The translations under genes and the position numbers were made by a program. Below the pieces are notes generated by a model that saw nothing but the letters and a program-made list of their open reading frames with translations, did no database searches and was not told where the DNA came from. A stretch of DNA of 64,000 nt from an uncultured Gemmatimonadales bacterium. Lineage in GTDB: Bacteria; Gemmatimonadota; Gemmatimonadetes; Palauibacterales; Palauibacteraceae. Numbering within the stretch: position 1 is the first letter of the stretch; each line of letters opens with the position of its first letter. This document shows positions 1 to 10,548 of the stretch, piece by piece. The DNA is taken from the NCBI GenBank assembly GCA_963783385.1, contig CAWANJ010000006.1, forward strand, positions 224,001 to 288,000, written 5' to 3'.

Positions 1-307
1 GCCGGAAAACCTTCCGCCGCCTCGTGCTCAAGACCTCCGCCCGTATCGCCCGCTCCGCTCGCTACGTCACCCTCTGGATGGATCACGTTCGGGCCCCTCG
101 CTGGGAACAGACCGCCCACGAGCTGAGCCGGTCCCCGCGAGAGCCTGCGGGGCATGTGTTGGCACACGTCTCGCCTATCACCTTTGTGCCGCTCACCTGC
201 CTGGCGAAATCCCCGCGCTGCTCAGAGGGAAGCGCCGCTCCAGCTCGTCACGCACTGCCGCCGCGCTCGCTCGTGGGTCTGAAGCGAGCACCGTCGGACG
301 GTGGGTC

Positions 308-2318
308 TCAGCTCTTGGTCCAGCTGTCGTTGGAGCGGTCGACGTCGGGGAAGTCGTGGGCGGCGTCCAGCTCCACCTTCGTCACCGTCCCGCTCGCCGC
401 GTGGCTCGTCGTCACGCTCGCCTTCCCGGCGAACCACACGGACGCCGGCTCCCGCCAGTGCACCGTCCCGCCGCCCGCCAGCGTCGCCGTCACGTCCACC
501 GGCGCGTACAGCCGCCCCCGGTTCGCCACCGTCACCGTCACCCGGCCGCCCGACTGCTCCACCTTCGTCACCGCCTGGTCCAGCCGGCCCCGCCCGAAGA
601 ACCACGGGCCCCAGAACCACCCCAGGTCCCGCCCCGTCACCTCGTCGATCGTCGCGAAGAAGTCGTACGGCGTCGGGTGCCGGTACGACCAGCGCCGGAT
701 GTACGCCCGGTACGCCTTCCGGAACGCCCCGTCCCCCAGGATCGACCGCAGCGCCCACAGCGCCGCCGACGGCTTGTCGTACGCCTCCACCGTGTAGCCC
801 GACCGTGGCCACGCCGAAGGAATTGGCCGGCGACATCATCGGGAGATCCTCGTCCGCGTGCGTCACGAAGTTCACGTAGCCGCTCTGCGACTCCTCGAGC
901 CCGCGTCCGTCGAGCGAATCGGGCAGGAAGGCGTCGGTGGCGAAGAAGGTGTCGAAGGTGTTGAGCCCCTCGTCCTGCCACCCCTAGCGCGTCTCGTTCG
1001 ACCCCACCAGCATCGGGAACCACTCGTGCCCGATCTCGTGCGCGCTGACCTCGTCCTCCCGGTAGAGGCCCGTGATAGGCGCCCACGAACACCGTCATCG
1101 GGTACTCCATGCCGCCGCGACCGCCCTCGGTCTCGGTGAGCTGCGGGTAGGGGTAGGGCACCATGAGGCTCGAGTGCGTCTCCAGCGCCGAGCGCGCCAT
1201 GGCCGCCACCTGGTCGAAGCGCGGCGCCCCCGGCCGCCAGAACACGTTCACCGCCGCGTACCGGCCCCGCGCCGAGTCCACCTCCGCCCGCGTCGCGTCC
1301 CACCGGTAGTGGTCCCCGAACGAGAACGCCACGTCCCGCACGCTGTCCGCCTCGAACGTCCACGTCAGGGCCTCCCCCGGCGCCCCCCGCGTCGCCTCCC
1401 CGCCCCGAACTCGTCCTGCGTCAGCACGTGCACCACCTCGTCCGTCTTCGACGCCCGCTCCAGCGCCGCGCGCTCCCTGTCCGTGAGCACCGCGCCGGGG
1501 TCCTGCAGCGTCCCGGTCCCCCCCACGATGTAGCCCGCCGGCAGCGTCACGCTGTAGCGGAAATGCCCGTAGTCCAGGTAGAACTCGCCCGTCCCCGTGT
1601 ACTGCTGCTCGTCCCACCCGTGCACGTCGTCGTACACCGCGATCTGCGGGTACCACTGCGCGATCTGCGCCGTCCCCGGGTCCTGCATCCCCATGCGCGG
1701 CGCGCTCGAGCCGGGAATGTGGAAGCGCCACGAGACGTCGAACACGGCGCTGTCGCCGGGCACCAGCGGATGGGGGAGCGGCACCGACATGAGGGTGCTG
1801 TAGATGCTGGCGCCGTGCGGCCCCACCGGCTCGCCTCGCATGTTGTCCGGCACCGCCACCGGCGTGCCCTGCGCCACCAGCCGCTCGATCACGATCCCAT
1901 GCGTGGCGCGCTCCGGCGAGGAGGGCCCCTCCCGGGCCGCCCACGGACTCATGAGGTTCTGGTAGAGGTGGAAGACGACCACCTTCAGCGTGTCGGGCGA
2001 GCGGTTGTGGTAGACCACCCGCTCGTCGGCCGACAGCAGCGAGTCGCGCGGCGAGACCCGCGCCCGGATGTCGTAGTCGGCCCCGTTCTGCCAGTACTTC
2101 GGCCCCGGCGCCCCCGTCCGGCTCCGCGTGCCCGCCTCGATCGCCCGCTCGTAGGGCACCGGCAGCACCGGCCCCAGCGGCCCCGTAGCCGCCGCGCCCG
2201 TCCCGCCCGCCTGCGCCGCGGCCGGCGCCGGCGCCCCCGCCACCAGCGCCGCCGCGGCCAGGACGCCGCCGCCAGGGCCGGAGCGCCGAAGGGCGACCCG
2301 CCGAATGCGGCGAGGCAT
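308..2318 (-). CDS. Secreted M1-family zinc aminopeptidase, broken by about 3 frameshifts and one in-frame TAG (probably sequencing errors)
   Basis: Signal peptide, GTRSRTGAPGPKYWQN, GGMEYP and HEIGHEWF...WQDEG (HEXXH-x18-E) motifs lie across ORFs 1365..2318, 637..3006, 222..875 and 308..790. Confidence 0.85.
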
Positions 2319-2528
2319 CGCGGCGCCACATGCGCCGCCCCCCGCCCGCCGGTCGATGTCCCCGCGAGCTCCGTGATCCAGGCATCCCGTTCATGTCTCT
2401 CTCCTCTTCCTTCGTCCTGTCCGGCGTCCTCTCGCTCCACCCCGTCCACCGCGGCGAGCGCCAACGGCCGCGGCGCCACCGCTGTACCATCCTCCGAGGA
2501 GAGTTCCCCGGACGACGAGGAGGACGAC

Positions 2529-2950
2529 ATGCGCAAGACGACGTGGATCGGTGGATTCCTGGCCCTGTCGCTGGGCCTTCCCGGCCTCGCGGCCGCCCAG
2601 CAGGCCCCCACGCCGCGGCCCGACCGCGCCCGCGCGGCCGCCGTCGCCCGGTGGCGAGCCGCACGGCGCGCTCGGCCCGCGATCCGGCACATTCGCCGCG
2701 ACGCGCGCCGCATCCGGATGCGGCGCCGGGACCTTCGCCGCGACCGCGTGGATATCCGGCGCCATCGCCGCCTTCGCCGGCGCGTGGCCCGGCCGGGCGT
2801 CCGGCGCGACCCTGAGCCGGCACATTCTGCGCGATCGCCTTGACCTCCGGCGTGACCGCCGCGCTCTGCGCCTTCGGCACCGGGACATCCGCAGCCACGG
2901 CTCGGCGAATCCGACGTCGCGCACCCGGGGCACGCGGACCCTTCATCTGA
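2529..2950 (+). CDS. Small secreted Arg-rich low-complexity protein (frameshifted)
   Basis: GAGGAGG RBS, ATG at 2529, signal peptide MRKTTWIGGFLALSLGLPGLAAA, repeated RRD(L/I/R)RR units continuing in another frame; the end is approximate. Confidence 0.55.
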
Positions 2951-2968
2951 CATCCGAGATCGGGGCCC

Positions 2969-2996
2969 GGCCCCGGAGGCGATGACCTCCGGGGCC
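2969..2996. terminator. 11-bp hairpin between convergent genes
   Basis: GGCCCCGGAGG-cgatga-CCTCCGGGGCC. Confidence 0.6.
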
Positions 2997-3030
2997 CTCG
3001 GGCCACCGTACATTAGCTTCTACAGCAGCC

Positions 3031-6000
3031 TTACGGCAGCTTCGCCGCCTTGACGTGGATGGGCTCGCCGGCGACCAGGGTCGGGACGCCGGCGCTGCCG
3101 GCCGCCTGGTTGTAGGCGGAGACGTCGGTGCTCAGCAGGCCGTTGAACCGGTCCAGGTAGTCGTTGAGCTCGGCGCCCAGCTCCTTCATGCGGGCCGCCA
3201 CGACCGGGCTCGGGGGCGACGCGTACGCGAACGCCACCCGGAAGCGCAGGCCGTTCAGTCGGTCCCGGAACCGGCTCAGGTAGTGGATGTCGTCCTCGGC
3301 CGCGTGCTCCTGGACCTGCGAGTTGTACAGGCTGTCCTTGAGGACGCCCAGCTCGTGGTCCAGGGAATCGGCCTTCGCGAGCACCGGCTTGACGGCCGGA
3401 TCCTTCGAGCGATCCGCCGCCTTCAGCGCCTTCTTGGCCGACGCGATCTGGTCCTGGAGGGACTGGATCCGGTTCAGCATCTCGTTCAGCGCCGAGATCC
3501 GGTTGGTGAGCTCCAGCCCCGCCTGCGTCTGGGCGCGGAAATCGGCCATGTCGGCTGGATGATGCGGGTCGGGCTCCACCTTCACGGACTGCTTCTTCGT
3601 GGTTCCGTTCGCGGTCACCGCGATCGTGTAGGTGCCGGGCACGACCGGTGGGCCCGAGTTGAAGCGCCGACCGCCGAAGCCCCCGCCGCCGCCCAGCTCG
3701 AGCGACGTGGGGCCGTCGTAGTGCAGGTTCCACTCGAACCGGTTGAAGCCCTCGTGACCGGGCCCCTTGTCGGTCGCGATCGTGTCGCCGGCCGCGTCGA
3801 GCACGGCGACCTGGACCTGGCCCGCGCCGTTTCCGGCCGCCGGCCCGCCGCGGCGTCCGCCGCGACCGCCCATGCGCCTGCATGGGCGCCGCCGCCCGCC
3901 TTCTTCGGAGCGGACTTGGGCAGATAGTAGTCGATGACCGCGCCCCGCGGCGGCCCGCTCACGTCGTAGCGCGACGCGTCCGGATGGCGGAGCGACCGGC
4001 CGGCCTGGAAGGCGGCCGGAGCGACCGGGAAGAGCTGGAAGCCGACCGGACGCCGACGCGTCGAAGTCCTGGAGCGGCGTGAGGTCGTCGAGCACGAACA
4101 GACCGCGGCCGTGCGTGGCGACCAGGAGATCGTTGTCACGCTTCACGAACTGGACGTCCCACACGGGAGCGGTCGGGAAATTCGAGTGGAAGCTGTTCCA
4201 CGTCGCCCCGTCGTCCCGCGAGTAGTAGATCGCGTTGTCGGTGCCCAGGACCAGGAAGCCCTTCTTGTTGGGCGACTCGCGCACCACGTGGGCCGCGCCG
4301 AAGGCCGGGAGGCCCTTCGAGATCGCCGTCCACGACTTCCCGTAGTCGCTGGTCCTGTACACGTACGGGTGGTTGTCGTCGTACATGTGGTAGTCGACCG
4401 CCACGTACGCCGTGCCCGCGTCGTACGGCGACACGCCGATCTGGTAGATCCGTCCGCCCTTGATGTCGGGACGACCGGGCATGTTGTGGCCGACCTCCGT
4501 CCACGTCTTCCCGCCGTCACGGGTGACCTGCACGAGGCCATCGTCCGTGCCCACCCAGATGACGCTGTCGGGCGCGGTCGGGGCCAGCGTGACCGAGATG
4601 ATCGTGTTGTAGGTCTCGGCGCCGCTGATGTCGTACTGGACCGCTCCGCCGGGGACGATCTGCTTGTCCTTCTCGTTCCGGGTGAGATCCGGGCTGATGG
4701 TCTCCCAGTGATCCCCGCCGTCCGCGCTCCTGAACAGCACGTTGGCGCCGATGTAGACGGTGTTGGCGTCGTGCGGCGACACCGCGATCGGGCTCGTCCA
4801 GTTGAACCGGTACTTCAGCTTCGAGGGCGGCATGTCACTCACGCCCGGCACGTAGGGCCGGATCGACTTCCGCATGCCGGTGGCCTTGTCGAGCCGCGAG
4901 ATGGAGCCGTTCTGCGAGTCGGTGTAGATGATGTTGGAGTCGCTCGGCGCCGCGACCGAGTACTCGCCGTCACCGCCGGTGACCGTGTACCAGTCCGAGC
5001 CGCTGCCCCCGGTGGACGGCCCGCACCAGGCGCTGTTGTCCTGGAGCCCGCCGCACATCGTGTACGGGTCGTTGCCATCGGCCGACACCATGTAGAACTG
5101 CTCGATGGGCAGGTTGTTGAGGAACGTCCAGCTCTTGCCGCCGTTCCGGGTGAGGAAGGCGCCGCCGTCGTTGCCCTGGATCATCCGGTCCGGGTCCTTC
5201 GGGTCGATCCACAGGGCGTGGTGGTCCACGTGCACGCTCTGGTCGATGACGTGGGCGGTCTTGCCGCCATCCTTGGACATCATGAGCTGGAAGCCCGAGA
5301 AGTAGACCCGATTCTCATCGTCCGGGGCCACGTTGACCTGCGAGAAGTAGAAGGGCCGGACGTCGAGGGCGTGGTTGTCGCTGACCGTGTGCCAGTGGTC
5401 GCCCAGGTCCTCGGACGCCCACAGCATGCCCTTCTTCGCCTCGACGAGCGCGTAAACGTGGTCCGGGTTGGTGGGCGCGATCCCCAGCGCGATGCGCCCG
5501 ACGGGCGGCCTGGGGAGCCCGCCGTTCAGCCTGGTCCAGTGCTCGCCGCCGTCGGTCGAGCGGTAGATGCCGCTACCCGCGCCGCCGTCGTTCAGCGTCC
5601 ACGGGAGCCTCTGCATCTGCCACATGGCCGCGAGCAGCACCCTGGGGTTGCCGGGCTGCATGACCAGGTCGATGGCGCCCGTCGTGTCGTTCACGAACAG
5701 CACCTTGTGCCACGTGGCGCCGCCATCGGTCGTCTTGAACACGCCCCGCTCCGGATTGGGCGTCCACGCGTGGCCGACCGCGGCCACGTACACGACGTCC
5801 GGATCCTGCGGGCTCACGACGATGCGCTCGATCTGTCCGGCATCCTCGAGCCCCTTCGACTCCCACGTCTTCCCGCCGTCCGGGGAGAAGTAGACGCCGT
5901 GGCCGTTGGTGATGTCGTTGCGGATGTTGGCCTCGCCCGTCCCGACCCACACCAGGCTCGGGTTGGAGGGGGCCAGCGCCACGGCTCCGATGGACGAAGT

Positions 6001-6291
6001 GGGCTGGTCGGCGAACACGGCCGTCCAGCTGTCGCCTCCATCGGTCGTCTTCCACACCCCGCCCCCGGCGGAGCCGACGTAGTAGATCCCCGGCTTGCCG
6101 GGCACGCCGACCACCGAGCTCACCCGGCCTCCCGCGATCGACGGGCCGATGTTGCGGAAGGCGATGTTGTTCAGCGTGTCGGGGGAGGTCTCGGACTGTG
6201 CGCGGCCCGTGGAGGGGAAGGCCAGGAATGCTGCGACGAGAAGAATGACGACGGCGCGGATGCCGCCGGATGCGACCGGCTCTTCGTCCAT
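3031..6291 (-). CDS. BNR/Asp-box repeat beta-propeller protein (VPS10/sortilin-like, 'glycosyl hydrolase'), with local compensating frameshifts near 3.85-4.05 kb
   Basis: FRNIGPSIAGGRV start motif, many S/T-x-D-G-G-x-x-W Asp boxes, GGLQDN, RFNWTSPI, ATHGRG; AAAGGAG RBS before ATG at 6291. Confidence 0.85.
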   Translation of the reverse strand: MDEEPVASGGIRAVVILLVAAFLAFPSTGRAQSETSPDTLNNIAFRNIGPSIAGGRVSSVVGVPGKPGIYYVGSAGGGVWKTTDGGDSWTAVFADQPTSSIGAVALAPSNPSLVWVGTGEANIRNDITNGHGVYFSPDGGKTWESKGLEDAGQIERIVVSPQDPDVVYVAAVGHAWTPNPERGVFKTTDGGATWHKVLFVNDTTGAIDLVMQPGNPRVLLAAMWQMQRLPWTLNDGGAGSGIYRSTDGGEHWTRLNGGLPRPPVGRIALGIAPTNPDHVYALVEAKKGMLWASEDLGDHWHTVSDNHALDVRPFYFSQVNVAPDDENRVYFSGFQLMMSKDGGKTAHVIDQSVHVDHHALWIDPKDPDRMIQGNDGGAFLTRNGGKSWTFLNNLPIEQFYMVSADGNDPYTMCGGLQDNSAWCGPSTGGSGSDWYTVTGGDGEYSVAAPSDSNIIYTDSQNGSISRLDKATGMRKSIRPYVPGVSDMPPSKLKYRFNWTSPIAVSPHDANTVYIGANVLFRSADGGDHWETISPDLTRNEKDKQIVPGGAVQYDISGAETYNTIISVTLAPTAPDSVIWVGTDDGLVQVTRDGGKTWTEVGHNMPGRPDIKGGRIYQIGVSPYDAGTAYVAVDYHMYDDNHPYVYRTSDYGKSWTAISKGLPAFGAAHVVRESPNKKGFLVLGTDNAIYYSRDDGATWNSFHSNFPTAPVWDVQFVKRDNDLLVATHGRGLFVLDDLTPLQDFDASASGRLPALPGRSGRLPGRPVAPPSGRVALRRERAAAGRGHRLLSAQVRSEEGGRRRPCRRMGGRGGRRGGPAAGNGAGQVQVAVLDAAGDTIATDKGPGHEGFNRFEWNLHYDGPTSLELGGGGGFGGRRFNSGPPVVPGTYTIAVTANGTTKKQSVKVEPDPHHPADMADFRAQTQAGLELTNRISALNEMLNRIQSLQDQIASAKKALKAADRSKDPAVKPVLAKADSLDHELGVLKDSLYNSQVQEHAAEDDIHYLSRFRDRLNGLRFRVAFAYASPPSPVVAARMKELGAELNDYLDRFNGLLSTDVSAYNQAAGSAGVPTLVAGEPIHVKAAKLP

Positions 6292-6596
6292 GGATGGATC
6301 TCCTTTCAAGGTGTCCCTGCGCCCCGCGCCCCGGCCGGTGCTCTGCCGACCGGAACGGTGGCGCGGCCCAATATGACACGCCCCGCCCGTCCTGCTCAAC
6401 GGGACGACACTCCCCGGGCGCCGGGCCGGTCCGAGCTCCTTTCCAACCCGGCGCCGGCACGCGGTGTCCCAGCGATACATCCCCGAAACGCGAGACGCCC
6501 CGCGTCCGTACGGGAGATCGAGATCCCGCGTTCGGGAACACGTCGCCGGGATGGCGACCTCCGCCACGGGACAGAACAGCCGACGGGAGCCAAGCG

Positions 6597-7763
6597 ATGA
6601 AAGACACCCTCGCGCTCACCATGCTCGTGATGCTCGCGGGCGGGGCCGGCCTCGCCCTGAGCGAGCCGCCGCCGGCCACGCTGGCCGGGCCGCTCGCCGT
6701 CCGCCTGCCAGCGCCTTCACGGCACGCGTCGACCCAGAACGCCGAGCGCTACGAGCTCTCGGGCTCCGCCGTGCGGGTCGCGGACCTGGCCGGCCACGTG
6801 CGCGTCGAGTCGGGCTCCGGGGACCACGTCGTCGTGCTGGTCGAACGCGGCGGCCGCGATGCGGATCGGCTCCAGGTGCACGCGGACGCCGAGGCCGGCA
6901 CCCTCACCATCGACGTGCCGGGGGATCGACTCGTGTATCCCGAGCTGGGTCGACACTCGCACACGAGCGTGAGGCTGGGGGACGACGGCCTGTTCGACGG
7001 CGGACGGCGCGTCACCGTTTCCGGCTCCGGCTCGGGCCCCGAGGCGTGGGCCGACCTCACCGTCCAGGTGCCCGCCGGCCACCGCACCACGGTGGAGCTC
7101 GGGGCCGGACGGGTGGACGCCTCCGGCGTGCCGGCCGACCTCGAGCTCCGCTCCGGCTCGGGCGACGTCTCCGCGGACGGGACCGGCGGCGCCGTCACGG
7201 CCCGCACCGGGTCCGGCGACGTGGACGTCACCTCGACCCGTGGCGCCCTCGACGTGGAGACCGGCTCCGGCGACGTGACCGTGAAGGACGTGAGCGGCGC
7301 CGCCCGGGTCCACACCGGCTCCGGGGATGTCCGGATTTCGGGCCGGGTGGGCGGCTCGCTGGAGGCGCACACCGGATCGGGTGACGTGAGCGCCGAGGAC
7401 GTGGAGGGGGAGAGCCTGCACGTCCGCACCGGCTCCGGCGGGATCCGGGTGGGTGCCGCGCGGGCGACGGACATCTCCCTGCACACGGGCAGCGGCTCGG
7501 TGCGCGCCCGCCTCGAGCGGGCCCCGGGGAGCCTGCGGGTCGATACCGGGTCGGGGGACGTGACCCTGGCCCTGCCCTCCTCGGTGAACGCCGACCTGAG
7601 GATCGACACGGGCAGCGGCGGCATCGACTTCGACATGCCGGTCCGCATGCTGTCGAGCAGCCGCTCGCACTTCCGGGGTAAGCTGGGCCAGGGGGGACCC
7701 GAGTTCGTGATCCGCACCGGCTCGGGCGGGGTCCGGCTCACATCGTCGGGCGGAGCCGACTAG
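6597..7763 (+). CDS. DUF4097 family beta-strand repeat (putative adhesin) protein
   Basis: Signal peptide and about 10 TGSGDV-type repeats. Confidence 0.85.
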   Translation: MKDTLALTMLVMLAGGAGLALSEPPPATLAGPLAVRLPAPSRHASTQNAERYELSGSAVRVADLAGHVRVESGSGDHVVVLVERGGRDADRLQVHADAEAGTLTIDVPGDRLVYPELGRHSHTSVRLGDDGLFDGGRRVTVSGSGSGPEAWADLTVQVPAGHRTTVELGAGRVDASGVPADLELRSGSGDVSADGTGGAVTARTGSGDVDVTSTRGALDVETGSGDVTVKDVSGAARVHTGSGDVRISGRVGGSLEAHTGSGDVSAEDVEGESLHVRTGSGGIRVGAARATDISLHTGSGSVRARLERAPGSLRVDTGSGDVTLALPSSVNADLRIDTGSGGIDFDMPVRMLSSSRSHFRGKLGQGGPEFVIRTGSGGVRLTSSGGAD

Positions 7764-7787
7764 GCGCCGGCCGTCTTCTGAGCGCAT

Positions 7788-7815
7788 GGCCCGGCGGCCG
7801 GGCGGCCGCCGGGCC
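7788..7815. terminator. 12-bp hairpin between convergent genes
   Basis: GGCCCGGCGGCC-gggc-GGCCGCCGGGCC. Confidence 0.6.
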
Positions 7816-7820
7816 CGCGT

Positions 7821-8006
7821 CTACTCCCGGCTCGCTCCTCCCTCCAGGCGGACCAGGAGCTCCTTCAGGAACGACTCGCGCTCCTTGAGATCGTCCCGGA
7901 AGTCCTTCGAGTCGGTATCGGCGATCTCCATGCGGAGATCCGAGAGGTAGCCACCCAGGATCTCCCGGAGCATCCGGTGCTCCTTCTCGTTCAGCTGGAA
8001 GTCCAC
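7821..8006 (-). CDS. Small helical hypothetical protein (61 aa)
   Basis: GGAAGGGAG RBS, GTG start; MDFQLNEKEHRMLREILGGYLSDLRMEIADTDSKDFR... has protein-like composition and GC3-rich codons. Confidence 0.7.
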   Translation of the reverse strand: MDFQLNEKEHRMLREILGGYLSDLRMEIADTDSKDFRDDLKERESFLKELLVRLEGGASRE

Positions 8007-8148
8007 CGCTTGTCTCCCTTCCGTTCGGCCGATGAGGGCCGCGTCACGGCCCGTCGCGGGCGCGTGACGCGGACCCTCCGCAGGGTTCGGACCGCCTGCT
8101 CGTGCAAGGGGCGCTCCGGAATCCCCGCCGGGCCCTCCGGCCGCCTCG

Positions 8149-10323
8149 CTACATCCCTCCGCTCGGAGCCGAGCGGACCCCCAGCTCGTAGGCAAGGAAC
8201 GACCAGATGTCGGCCGTCTGCGCGATCCGCTTGTCCGTGGGCATGTACCCGTGGCTGGTCTCGGTCTCCACGCGGATGAGGATCGGGTTGTCGCAGCCCT
8301 GCGCGTCCTGCATGGCGGCGGCGAACTTGTAGGAATGGCTGGGCACGACCCGGTCATCGTGGTCGGCCGTGGTGACGATCGTGGCCGGGTAGCACGTGCC
8401 CGCCTTCGCGTTGTGCACCGGCGAGAACTTGAACAGCTACTGGAAGGCCGTCGAGTCGTCCGACGAGCCGTACTCCGGCACCCAGCCGATGCCGGCGGTG
8501 AACTTCTGGTAGCGCAGCATGTCCATGACGCCGGCGCCGGCGTAGGCCGCCGCGAACAGGTCCGGGCTGCTCCTACGCTGGCGCCCACCAGCAGGCCGCC
8601 GTTGGAGTAGCCGTGGATGGCCAGGTGCGGTCCTGCGTTCCGTACTCGTGGCGCTCCAGGTACTTGGCCGCCCAGGCGAAGTCGTCGAACACGTTCTGCT
8701 TGTTGCCGAGCATGCCCGGCCTTGTGCCACGCCTCGCCGTACTCGCCGCCGCCCCGCAGGTTGGCCACGGCGTACACGCCGCCGAGCTCCAGCCACATGG
8801 CCGTCGTGGGGCTGAACGAGGGCGTCACGCTGATGTCGAATCCGCCGTAGCCGTAGAGCACGGTGGGGTTCTGCCCGTCGAGCTTGATGCCCTTCCTGGC
8901 CGTGATGAACATCGGGATCCGCGTGCCGTCCTTCGACTGGTAGAAGACCTGCTTCGTCTCGTACTGCGAGGGGTCGAAGGCCACCTTGGGCTTGAAGAAG
9001 GTGGTCCGCTTCCCGGTGTCCAGGTCGTAGCGGTAGGTGGTGGTCGGATACAGGAAGGAGCTGAACGAGTAGAACAGCTCCGGGCTGTCCTCGTGCCCGA
9101 CCAGGCCACGCACCGTCCCGATTCCGGGCAGCTCCAGCTCTCCCTGCTTCGTCCCGTCACGGGCGTAGATGTCCACCCGGCTCTTCACGTCGACCAGGTA
9201 CTGCGCCAGGATCCGGCCTCCGATGATCGTGCTCCCGCTGATCACGTTCTCACCCTCGGGAACGACCACGCGCCAGTGTTCCGGAGAGGGGTCGGTGAGG
9301 GCCGCGGCGACGATCTCGTTCTTGGGCGCGTCCAGGTTGGTCTGCAGGTAGACCGTGTCGCCCTCGACGCCGATGGGCCGGTACTCCGCGTCGTTCTTCG
9401 TGTAGAGCGGCTGCACCCTGGCGTCGATGTTGGGATGCCGGGGATCGCCCAGGTCCATGTAGTAGAGCTCGTTGGCGCTCTCGGTGCCGTGGCTCATGGT
9501 GATGAACGCGTAGCGGCCGTCCTCGGTCACCCCGCCGCCGATGTACCAGTCGGGCCGGTCGGGCCGCTGGTAGATCAGCTTGTCCTGGCTCTGCGGCGTG
9601 CCCAGGCGATGGTAGTAGAACTTCTGGTTGGTGACCTGCTGGCTGATGGCCTTGCCGGCGGGCGGCTCGGCGAAGCGCGAATAGAAGAAGCCCTCACCGG
9701 TCCTTCGTCCAGGACACGCCCGAGAACTTGGCCCACCGCACGATGTCGGGGAGGTCCTTGCCCGTGGCCACGTCGCGCACGTGGAAGACGCGCCAGTCGG
9801 AGCCGCCCTCCGAGGTGGCGTACTCCAGGTAGCGGCCGTCGGGTGAGGGTCTCGATCCCGCCAGCGCCGTGTTGCCCCTGGGCCAGCGCACGTTCGGATC
9901 GAGCAGGACCTTCGCCGGCCCGCCCAGCGAGTCGGCCACGTAGATCACCGACTGGTTCTGGAGACCCGAGTTCTTGCTGAAGAACAACCTGCCGCCTTCG
10001 CGGTCCGGGGCCCCGACCTTTTCGTAGTTCCACAGCTCCTTGAGCCGGTCGCGCACCCAGGGGCGGACCTGGATCTTGTCCAGGAAGGAAAAGGTGAGTT
10101 TGTTCTCCGCATCCACCCACTGCTTGACCTCGGGGCTGTTGAGGTCCTCCATCCACCGGTAGGGGACCGGGACCTTCGTTCCGAAGTAGTCCGCGACCAG
10201 GCTGTCCCGCCTGGCCTGCGGATAGTCCAGCGACTGGGCGTGGACCGCCGTGGCCACGCCCGCGGCCAGCACCGCCGCCAGCGCCAACCCGCCGGTCAGG
10301 ATCCTGCATCGATGCCTGTCCAT
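8149..10323 (-). CDS. Prolyl oligopeptidase (S9A), with several frameshifts and one in-frame TAG
   Basis: Signal peptide, PYRWMED, SKDGTRIPMF, YGYGGF, RGGGEYGEAWH, catalytic GYSNGG, DHDDRVVPSHS, SHG. Confidence 0.9.
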
Positions 10324-10548
10324 CGTCTCGTTCGACTCCGCCACGAGGGTCGGGGAGCCGGGCCCGTGACCGGACCCGGAGCGAGAAACTGAAGATCCTC
10401 TCCATCTGCGGGGGCTGCAAGGCCGGAGGGGGTGCCGGGCCGCCGACGCGGGGGGTCTTGCGCGCCCCGCCGTCGCGGGCGGACCTTGGCGCTTCGCCGC
10501 CGGGGATCCGCCCCGGACGGAAGCCCGGTCTGGAAGGGAGCCCACGCC

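Noticed and set aside
1-300. Non-coding stretch with CGCTCCGCTCGCT-type motifs, possibly a REP/MITE or an RNA element
   Set aside because: There is no second copy or terminal repeat in the window, and it is truncated by the window edge.
7000-7740. Repeated ACCGGCTCCGGCGAC-like DNA units
   Set aside because: Explained by the TGSGD protein repeats of DUF4097.
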